This document shows, piece after piece, positions 8,708 to 15,906 of a stretch of 26,431 nt of DNA. Position numbers and translations under genes: made by a program. The notes beneath the pieces were generated by a model. That model was not told the origin of the DNA, ran no database searches, and saw only the letters and a list, made by a program, of their open reading frames with translations. Every line of letters begins with the position of its first letter. Positions within the stretch are counted from its first letter, which is position 1. The DNA comes from Nitrososphaerota archaeon (GTDB taxonomy: Archaea; Thermoproteota; Nitrososphaeria; Nitrososphaerales; UBA57), in the NCBI GenBank assembly GCA_013378385.1, contig JACAFS010000006.1, positions 1 through 26,431 on the forward strand. Reading direction: 5' to 3'.

Positions 8708-9220
8708 TCAATTAGAGACTGGGTAAACTATTTCTCCGCCAGCAGGTGAAGGAAAAGCTTGTCTTTTTGTTTCAGAACCTTTACTAGCCCAGAAGATCTC
8801 TGCAATTTTTCGGACAGATTCAAGAAGTTCTTCGGCAGATTCTAAACTAACTTGTTGTCTTGTCTTTGATGCATTTTTCATCGCTTTCCAAAATAAATCA
8901 TGTAATTCAGGATATTTTTCAAGATGTTCTGGTTTAAAATAATCAGCCCAAATAATTCTAAGTTCATTCTTACAACTTTCTGCATGAGTTTCTTTTACAG
9001 ACATATACCTACCTAGTTTAGTTTGGCTTTCTGAGTCATCGCCTAAATCGGCAATTAGTTGGTTCATTCTAACTACAGTCAATGCGTCTAATTGTGCTGT
9101 ATGTGGATCATATATTCCACAAGGAATATCACAATGAGCAAATGCATAATTTGTAGGATAAACAATATCAAGTAATTTATTTTTTATAGACACATTCATG
9201 ATAGAATATCCAACATACAT
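8708..9220 (-). CDS. sodN: Nickel superoxide dismutase precursor (SodN)
   Basis: Ni-hook HCDIPCGIYDP is preceded by a leader ending YAFA. WADYFKPEHLEKYPELHDLF and IAEIFWASKG match the Streptomyces NiSOD pattern. An alternative in-frame ATG at 9199 gives a 21-aa leader. Confidence 0.9.
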   Translation of the reverse strand: MYVGYSIMNVSIKNKLLDIVYPTNYAFAHCDIPCGIYDPHTAQLDALTVVRMNQLIADLGDDSESQTKLGRYMSVKETHAESCKNELRIIWADYFKPEHLEKYPELHDLFWKAMKNASKTRQQVSLESAEELLESVRKIAEIFWASKGSETKRQAFPSPAGGEIVYPVSN

Positions 9221-9221
9221 A

Positions 9222-9235
9222 CTTTAAAATTTAAC
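9222..9235. promoter_or_regulatory. Shared bidirectional TATA-like element for sodN and sodX
   Basis: CTTTAAAATTTAAC is centred ~27 nt from the sodX ATG (9255) and ~29 nt from the sodN in-frame ATG at 9199. Confidence 0.4.
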
Positions 9236-9254
9236 TATATGAATGGAATGAATA

Positions 9255-9734
9255 ATGGGAATATTACTAGTATCAGCAATATTAACAGGGTTATTGAGTA
9301 GATCTACATGGGTAACTAAGAGAATTCTTCTACCTGTTTATTATCTTACTGCAAAGAGATTCACAGTAATAGGTCAAAGCATGGAGCCAGTAATCAATGA
9401 AGGTGAACAGGTATTCATCACAAAGACGTATTATAGATTGAATAGAATAAAAAGAAATGACATAATTGGTTTATATAACAATCAAAAAATCGAAATAAAG
9501 CGAATAGTAGGGATGCCAGATGATCGATTATTGATAAACCAATATTCACTAAGCGTAAATGGAACTGAAATAATCAATACTAACAAGATACAACACGAGA
9601 TACAGAATAGAGAAATAATATTAAGAAATGGAGAATTTTTTGTAGTTGGTGAGAATTATACTAAGAGTGTTGATTCAAGAATATATGGACCAATAACAAA
9701 AAATCAAATAATAGGAAAAGTACTACATAGATAG
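9255..9734 (+). CDS. sodX: S26 signal-peptidase-I-like NiSOD maturation protease (SodX)
   Basis: Catalytic Ser box GQSMEP, Lys box IKRIVGMPDD, box E GENYTKSVDSRIYGPI, and an N-terminal TM. Divergent neighbour of sodN. Confidence 0.8.
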   Translation: MGILLVSAILTGLLSRSTWVTKRILLPVYYLTAKRFTVIGQSMEPVINEGEQVFITKTYYRLNRIKRNDIIGLYNNQKIEIKRIVGMPDDRLLINQYSLSVNGTEIINTNKIQHEIQNREIILRNGEFFVVGENYTKSVDSRIYGPITKNQIIGKVLHR

Positions 9735-9736
9735 AA

Positions 9737-10549
9737 TTGGAAAGAGAATTATCGCATCCTAAAACAACAAACAAATATAGTATAAAAATACCAGTACTAG
9801 GACTTGGCGTATGGGGAGTACCCAAGAATAAAACAGAAAAAATTGTAACTACTGCAATCAATCAAGGATACAGACATATTGATACAGCGCAAATTTATGG
9901 GAACGAAAAAGAAGTAGGAAAGGCAATAAAAGAAAAAGATGGGATTTTTATTACTACAAAATTATGGGAGAGTAATTTTGGATATGAAAAAACAATAAAA
10001 GCTTGCGAAGAAAGTTTATCAAAGCTAAATAAAATTGATTTATTTTTAATGCATTCCCCACATGGACCAGAAATAAGAAAAGAAACTTGGGAGGCAATGC
10101 AGTACTTGTTAAAGAATAAATATGTTAAAGCAATTGGAGTTTCAAATTTTGGAATACATCATATTAAAGAGATATTGTTGTGGGCAGAGATTGGACCTTG
10201 TATGAATCAAATAGAATTATCGCCATTTCTTCAAAGAAGAGAATTATCTAACTTCTGTAAAGAAGAAGGAATAGCAACAACAGCGTATAGTCCATTAACG
10301 CATGGAATAAGAATACATGATGAACGATTAATGGAAATTGGGAAAATTTATAGAAAGTCAGCAGCGCAGATATTGATTAAATGGAGTTTGCAAAAAGATA
10401 ATGTAGTAATTCCAAAATCAACAAATAAAGAAAGAATAAAAGAAAATATAGAGGTATTTGATTTTACAATAGAACAAAAACACATGAAAATTTTAGATGC
10501 ATTAGAAGAAGGATTTGCAACTTGTTGGGATCCTACTATAGATCCTTAA
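9737..10549 (+). CDS. Aldo/keto reductase (2,5-diketo-D-gluconate reductase-like)
   Basis: PVLGLGVW...GYRHIDTAQIYGNEKEVG...LFLMHSP...IGVSNF...IPKSTNKERIKEN. Apparent TTG start 2 nt after the sodX stop; the first internal ATG would delete the catalytic Asp/Tyr region. Confidence 0.85.
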   Translation: MERELSHPKTTNKYSIKIPVLGLGVWGVPKNKTEKIVTTAINQGYRHIDTAQIYGNEKEVGKAIKEKDGIFITTKLWESNFGYEKTIKACEESLSKLNKIDLFLMHSPHGPEIRKETWEAMQYLLKNKYVKAIGVSNFGIHHIKEILLWAEIGPCMNQIELSPFLQRRELSNFCKEEGIATTAYSPLTHGIRIHDERLMEIGKIYRKSAAQILIKWSLQKDNVVIPKSTNKERIKENIEVFDFTIEQKHMKILDALEEGFATCWDPTIDP

Positions 10550-10577
10550 TAATATAAATGAAAAGTTATCCAGCACA

Positions 10578-10586
10578 TTTAATATT
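10578..10586 (+). promoter_or_regulatory. TATA-like box upstream of tRNA-Leu
   Basis: TTTAATATT is centred ~28 nt upstream of tRNA position 1 (10610). Confidence 0.4.
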
Positions 10587-10609
10587 GTTCTATTTACAAT
10601 CAATTCTAT

Positions 10610-10694
10610 GCGGGGGTAGCCCAGCCCGGTCAAAGGCGTTAGGTTGAGGGCCTAATCTCTCAGGAGTTCATGGGTTCAAATCCCATCTCCCGCA
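10610..10694 (+). tRNA. tRNA-Leu (anticodon GAG), class II with long variable arm; no intron and no encoded CCA
   Basis: Hand fold: acceptor GCGGGGG/CTCCCGC (one G-U), D stem GCC/GGC, anticodon stem TTAGG/CCTAA with loop TTGAGGG, variable arm TCTCTCAGGAGTTC, T arm ATGGG-TTCAAAT-CCCAT, discriminator A. Confidence 0.9.
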
Positions 10695-10722
10695 TTATTC
10701 ATAGAGATAACATTAATGACAC

Positions 10723-10732
10723 AATATTTATT
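10723..10732 (+). promoter_or_regulatory. TATA-like box upstream of the FtsX-type permease gene
   Basis: AATATTTATT is centred ~28 nt before the TTG at 10756. Confidence 0.3.
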
Positions 10733-10755
10733 GGAGTATCCATATTCATGGCATA

Positions 10756-12009
10756 TTGAAACTAGGTGATATTGTAGGTTATTCTACTAGAGCTATTAAG
10801 GAAAGGTACCTCAGATCAGCTCTTACGATTTTGATGGTATTACTGGGGGCAATGTTGCTTACAGGATTAAATGGACTTGGAGAAGGATTCAACTACAATA
10901 TTACGAAACAATTTGAAGGATTAGCCCCAGATGTAATAACATTAACCCCATCTCCAGTAGTTGGTGGGCCAGGAGATGATCCTGATGAACCAGATCCTGC
11001 ACCTCCGGTGGAACTAAACTTGCAAACATTGAAGAGTGTAGAAAGGCTAGACGGGGTAGAAGAAGCAATACCGAGTTTTAGATCAGGTTTACAAATAGAA
11101 TATAATGGAAAATCACAGACTACTTCATTCATTGGAATTAATCCACAAAAGTTAATCTATGTTTTACCAGGATTGGAATTTGTAGAAGGGGACTTTACAG
11201 ATCCAAGTGATTCAACGGGAATATTATTAGGTTTTACCGTAGCGTATCCTGGAGGTTTGGAGCTAGAACCATTCGCCGAAGTAGGTAATTTAGTTTGTGC
11301 AAAGACAGGTAAACAAGAAATTGTAGGCGGAGTAGAACAAGTAGTAATCGATAAGAAATGTTTCGTAGTGCGAGGCGTTCTGGCTGAAACAGGAACGGTG
11401 TTCTATGATAACTCCATATCAGTGCCATTATCTTCGGCAAATAATTTCTTGGATAAGAAAAATATATATGATACGATTTTCGTAGTTGTAAATCCAGAAG
11501 TTGGAAATGATGCAGTAACTGAAGAGATAAGGGAAGTGTATGGAGATGGAATAGGCATAACAACACCGGCGCAGATTCAGGAAACAATTCAAGGATTTGT
11601 AGGTAGCTTCAATATCTTCCTGAGTAGTATCGGATTCATATCATTAATTGTAGGTGGAGTTGGAATTGTCACGACATTGTATACATCAGTGACAGAAAGA
11701 ACAAAGGAATTAGGAACTTTAAAGGCGTTAGGAGCCACAAATGGAAATATAATACTACTTATTTTATTCGAGGCAGTTGTAATTGGAGTAGTAGGAGCAT
11801 CTGCAGGGCTATTAGCAGGGTACGGACTAGGTTGGGTACTAACTCAATATGGATTCGGTGCTCAATTTGGAGATCTGGTTCCGATATTTTTGGTACCGGC
11901 GATGGTTAATGTATGGTTAACCGCAGTAACTTTGAGTATACTTGCAGGAGCATATCCTGCTTGGAGAGCATCGAAGATGACACCGATGGCGGCACTTAGA
12001 AGAGATTAA
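10756..12009 (+). CDS. MacB/FtsX-type ABC transporter permease (no adjacent ATPase)
   Basis: N-terminal TM (RSALTILMVLLGAMLL), ~260-aa extracytoplasmic domain, and a C-terminal FtsX domain with ERTKELGTLKALGATNGNI followed by 3 TM. Apparent TTG start. Confidence 0.8.
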   Translation: MKLGDIVGYSTRAIKERYLRSALTILMVLLGAMLLTGLNGLGEGFNYNITKQFEGLAPDVITLTPSPVVGGPGDDPDEPDPAPPVELNLQTLKSVERLDGVEEAIPSFRSGLQIEYNGKSQTTSFIGINPQKLIYVLPGLEFVEGDFTDPSDSTGILLGFTVAYPGGLELEPFAEVGNLVCAKTGKQEIVGGVEQVVIDKKCFVVRGVLAETGTVFYDNSISVPLSSANNFLDKKNIYDTIFVVVNPEVGNDAVTEEIREVYGDGIGITTPAQIQETIQGFVGSFNIFLSSIGFISLIVGGVGIVTTLYTSVTERTKELGTLKALGATNGNIILLILFEAVVIGVVGASAGLLAGYGLGWVLTQYGFGAQFGDLVPIFLVPAMVNVWLTAVTLSILAGAYPAWRASKMTPMAALRRD

Positions 12010-14033
12010 CGGGTCAAGGATTTTACTAGATTCTTATAATTTTTTTTAGTTGATTTACGCAGTTTAGGAGATTCAGAATACATCGCTGCAGAACTTATGA
12101 TAACTAACAATATTACGAGAAGAATTGTTAATGAAGACATTAAGACTTTAAGTGTTTCATCAGAAGAAGAGTCGTTAGATACACTACCAGAAAAAGTTCG
12201 TGAGAGACCCAAATGTGAGACTTGAATATTATATTCGCCGCCGGGTACAAGTTTGAAAATTACTTCGCCACTATCGTCTGTTTGTTTTAAGACTTTTAGT
12301 CCGTTAGGCATGGTAAGTAAGACTTCTGCATTAGAAACAGAGAATCCAATTTGATCACGAACAGTGAATGACAAGTCGTATAATGAAAGTGGTATAACCC
12401 AAGTTTTGCCAGCTTCAGGAATAAAATTACGAGAAGAGATTGAAGAGAAGGATAATCCTTGATAATCGATATTCGTCATAGTATAAATGCCGTCAGATAC
12501 CCATAGATTGGAATACGATGTAAGTGATGAAACGGTTCCATCAGGATTTATTATTTCTACAGTTGAAGGAAGATCATCCAGTATAGTGTTTTGTGTTGCG
12601 TCGGTGAATAACAAAGAAATTAGGAATTCATGAACATAGTTAATATGATAAACATTTGGATCGTCAACGGGATTAATTATTTTATCTTCACTAGTCCATT
12701 TTTCACCTGGTTTTCCCAAGATTTGTTGTTCAATATTTAGAGGAGTGACCGAATCAATCCAATTAGACCAGACAGAAGATGAAGTATCAGTATGTGTTTG
12801 GCCTTGTGATGTATAGGTGATAGTAGTTGGATGGTCTGAATTTAATCCATGAGTTATAATAGTAGGTTTGATTTGTTCGTTATAATTAATCTCTACATCT
12901 AGAGGTGAATCTACAGGTATTGAATTAGAATCAATAATCCATCGATGAAGGGGTTTAGAAGAGATTATCGAGGGTATAAGAATGTCAGAATCATCATCAA
13001 TCCACAGACTCAATTTATCATTGAGATTATGATTTTCTGAATTACCAAGGAAAGATATAGAAATAGGAATGTTTGTATTGGTATTTTGACTTATAGGTAC
13101 CAGCCACTGATGATTATAACCTACAAGATGATCAACAGGTTGGTCCACTTTGATTACGACATTATCAGTTGTAATATAACGTTCGCTAGGGCTTTTCTCA
13201 ATAATACGTGGAATAACGAGAGAACGACCGCTGTCTACCCAATCACTCCAAGAATCTTGTATTTCGGTTTGAATTACTTTACCTCCACTATTAAATGAGA
13301 AATCAATTGGTGAATCTAATCCAATTATACTAATACTGGAATAATATTGACGGAAATATGAAACTTCTAGTGTTTCGTATTGGACAACAGTCCACTGAGT
13401 TTCTTCAGCTGAATGAAAACGTTCAGATGAGTCTATAGAGATAGTTTGATCTACTTTGAAGGTACTGCCATCGTCAGCCCACATAAACCATTGGTTATTT
13501 GTTTCGTCAGTATATGATTTTCCTAGAAAGTCCCAAGTTACAGTAGCTGGATATGTTTGATCCAAGCCTTCAAGATTAAGATCCATGAAATGAGTGGTGC
13601 CAATATAATTCAGAGGAATATTCGATTCAATATTATAAGTTGTTTGAGCAGATGATAAAATATCAAAAGCTAAAATTGATATAGTGTAAATACCAGGAGG
13701 GACGTTTTCAAAAGCTACAAGAATTGAATTTGAATACCAGAAGTTTCTACCAGATGCAACGGGTTGAAAGTTTTCTTCTGGATCATAAGTTTCAGAGATA
13801 TCATTTTCATAAAGAAGCAAACCTAGATCGTCAACGACTTGAGGGTGTGAAAAAAAGATTTCCATTGATTGATTAAATTGAGTAATTTCAAGAGTATACC
13901 AATCAGCCTGCCAGGTTTGTATTGGACGCGAAATAGTGACAAGAGGACCCATTTGTCCAAAAGCAGGAGAAACTATCGGGAATACAAATAATATAATTGT
14001 AAAAAGCAATGCAAAAGAGATTATATTCTTCAT
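12006..14033 (-). CDS. Secreted, C-terminally TM-anchored surface protein with five ~80-aa repeats and a CarboxypepD_reg-like Ig domain
   Basis: Signal peptide MKNIISFALLFTIILFVFPIVSPAFG (ATG at 14033; the ORF-track TTG at 14039 is less likely). Periodic WxxW(V/I)D(D/S)G and (E/H)R(F/Y/W) motifs recur every ~80 residues. DDSGEVIFKLVPGGEYNIQV domain, then TM LTILLVILLVIISSAAM and a K-rich tail. Confidence 0.75.
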   Translation of the reverse strand: MKNIISFALLFTIILFVFPIVSPAFGQMGPLVTISRPIQTWQADWYTLEITQFNQSMEIFFSHPQVVDDLGLLLYENDISETYDPEENFQPVASGRNFWYSNSILVAFENVPPGIYTISILAFDILSSAQTTYNIESNIPLNYIGTTHFMDLNLEGLDQTYPATVTWDFLGKSYTDETNNQWFMWADDGSTFKVDQTISIDSSERFHSAEETQWTVVQYETLEVSYFRQYYSSISIIGLDSPIDFSFNSGGKVIQTEIQDSWSDWVDSGRSLVIPRIIEKSPSERYITTDNVVIKVDQPVDHLVGYNHQWLVPISQNTNTNIPISISFLGNSENHNLNDKLSLWIDDDSDILIPSIISSKPLHRWIIDSNSIPVDSPLDVEINYNEQIKPTIITHGLNSDHPTTITYTSQGQTHTDTSSSVWSNWIDSVTPLNIEQQILGKPGEKWTSEDKIINPVDDPNVYHINYVHEFLISLLFTDATQNTILDDLPSTVEIINPDGTVSSLTSYSNLWVSDGIYTMTNIDYQGLSFSSISSRNFIPEAGKTWVIPLSLYDLSFTVRDQIGFSVSNAEVLLTMPNGLKVLKQTDDSGEVIFKLVPGGEYNIQVSHLGLSRTFSGSVSNDSSSDETLKVLMSSLTILLVILLVIISSAAMYSESPKLRKSTKKNYKNLVKSLTR

Positions 14034-14075
14034 GATCAATTATAGTAAAAATGATTATTACATATAACTAATATC

Positions 14076-14083
14076 AAAAAAAA
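14076..14083 (-). terminator. T8 tract (minus strand) right after oppDF, candidate poly-T terminator
   Basis: A8 on the + strand at 14076-14083 gives TTTTTTTT on the coding strand 15-22 nt after the oppDF stop (14098-14100). A TATA-like TTATATGTAATAA follows ~25-30 nt before the ATG at 14033. Confidence 0.5.
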
Positions 14084-14097
14084 TGATTTTATTATCA

Positions 14098-15906
14098 CTA
14101 AGAGTGACATGCTACATAATGATTTGTCTTGATTTCTGTTAATTTAGGATGTTTTTTACGACATTTATGTGATATATTTTCTACATGTAAATCTACTACA
14201 TGATTGGATTTTTTATTGTAAAAAGTACATCGAGGATGGAAATCATCCCTAGAGATTACGTTACGCATATTAGATAGGTTCTTAGGATTAAGAGTTGGAA
14301 TTGCTTCAATTAGTGATTTAGTGTAAGGATGCAATGGATTTTTTACAACATCGTTGGATCTACCTTGTTCAACAATACGACCGAAAAACATCACAGCAAT
14401 ACGATCAGAGAATTGTCTTGCAGTAGCTATATCATGAGTAATATATAGAAAACTAAGATTCTTAGTTTTCTGAAGATTATTTAATAAACCAAGTATTTCC
14501 AATCTACTGGAGGCATCAATCATTGAAACGGGTTCGTCAGCTACAATAAACTTAGAATCTAATATCAAGGCTCGAGCGATGCCAATACGTTGTCTTTGAC
14601 CGCCGGATAGCATATGCGGATACTTTTTAACATAATCTTCTGGAGGAGTCAGGTTAACGTCATGTAAAACTTTAAGAATTTTTTCTGAATGTAGGTTTTT
14701 TTCCAATTTATGAATAATTAGTGGCTCTTCAAGTATTTGATAAACAGTCATGAAGGGGTTAATTGATGAATAAGGATCTTGGAATATAGCTTGAGCTTGT
14801 TTTCTGAATAAGAAATCATCAGTGCTATTATTAATTATTGAACCTTGAAATTTGACTTTGCCGGTAACAGGTTTAATAAGATTTAATACAACACGTCCAA
14901 GAGTTGTTTTACCGCTGCCTGATTCTCCAACTAAAGCAAGTGTTTCACCACGATTAATTTTAAGAGATACTTCAGAAACAGCGGTAAATGGTTCAGATGA
15001 CAACAATCCTTTTCTGACCATGAAATCAACTTTAATATTTTTTAAGTTAAGAATTTCTTCGTTATTTGATTTAAGTTTTCGACTTTTCAGTTTAGAAGAT
15101 AATGTAGGAACACTTTGAATTAATTGTTTAGTGAAATTATGCTTTGGATTATTAAGAACATTAGCAAGAGAATCGTGTTCTATAAATTGTCCATCTTTCA
15201 TAACGGCTATATTGTCACATAAATCACTAGTAAGTGCAATATCATGAGTAATAAAAATCATAGAGATGCCCTTAGTCTTGAGAGATTTCAAAAGATTCAT
15301 AATTTGTGCTTGAACACTAACATCTAGTGCGGAAGTGGGTTCATCTAAGATAATTAAACCGGGATTATGAACCATAGACATGGCAATAATAACACGCTGT
15401 TTCATACCGCCACTAAGTTCATGTGGATATTTAGAATATGTGTCGTCAGATAAACCAACAAGATTTAGTAATTCAGAAACAGTTGTTTTAGCAATTGTTT
15501 TATTTTCGCCGGAATATACAAGAGGTTCAATTAGTTGGTCACCAATTCTAAGAACTGGATTAAGAGAGTTCATGGCTCCTTGAAAAACCATAGAAATTTC
15601 TTTCCATTTGATTGTTTTTCGGAAATTTTCATCAGAAAGTTGATTAATTTTTTTTCCGTTGAGTGTAATTGTACCGCTGAATTTTGAGGTATTATTAGGT
15701 AATAATTTGATTAATGCCAGGGCAATAGTAGTTTTACCACAGCCGGATTCACCAACTATTCCTAAAGCTTCGCCAGTTTTTATTCGAAAAGATACATTAT
15801 TTACAGCTTTTATGTTGCCTTTGGTTACTTTATAATTAACATTAAGATTTTTAACGACTAGCGTTTCATTTTTGGATTTATTGTTTTTTAATATCATATT
15901 AATCAC
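14098..15906 (-). CDS. Fused tandem ATPase of an Opp/Dpp/Nik-family ABC importer (OppD-OppF fusion)
   Basis: Two ABC cassettes: Walker A GESGCGKT / GESGSGKT, signature LSGGMKQR / LSGGQRQR, Walker B LIILDEPTSALD / FIVADEPVSMID. Oligopeptide-type C-terminal region (HPYTKSL...C...C...VACH). Start is GTG at 15906 (GTGA overlap with the oppC stop) or ATG at 15897. Confidence 0.9.
   Translation of the reverse strand: MINMILKNNKSKNETLVVKNLNVNYKVTKGNIKAVNNVSFRIKTGEALGIVGESGCGKTTIALALIKLLPNNTSKFSGTITLNGKKINQLSDENFRKTIKWKEISMVFQGAMNSLNPVLRIGDQLIEPLVYSGENKTIAKTTVSELLNLVGLSDDTYSKYPHELSGGMKQRVIIAMSMVHNPGLIILDEPTSALDVSVQAQIMNLLKSLKTKGISMIFITHDIALTSDLCDNIAVMKDGQFIEHDSLANVLNNPKHNFTKQLIQSVPTLSSKLKSRKLKSNNEEILNLKNIKVDFMVRKGLLSSEPFTAVSEVSLKINRGETLALVGESGSGKTTLGRVVLNLIKPVTGKVKFQGSIINNSTDDFLFRKQAQAIFQDPYSSINPFMTVYQILEEPLIIHKLEKNLHSEKILKVLHDVNLTPPEDYVKKYPHMLSGGQRQRIGIARALILDSKFIVADEPVSMIDASSRLEILGLLNNLQKTKNLSFLYITHDIATARQFSDRIAVMFFGRIVEQGRSNDVVKNPLHPYTKSLIEAIPTLNPKNLSNMRNVISRDDFHPRCTFYNKKSNHVVDLHVENISHKCRKKHPKLTEIKTNHYVACHS

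Noticed and set aside
11234-11587. 117-aa minus-strand ORF, plus many 60-90-aa ORFs (e.g. 944-1183, 1203-1418, 16084-16332, 17031-17291, 19161-19400, 22938-23126)
   Set aside because: All lie fully inside and antisense or out of frame to well-supported genes. They have low-complexity or Leu/Ser/Arg-rich translations and no recognisable motifs.
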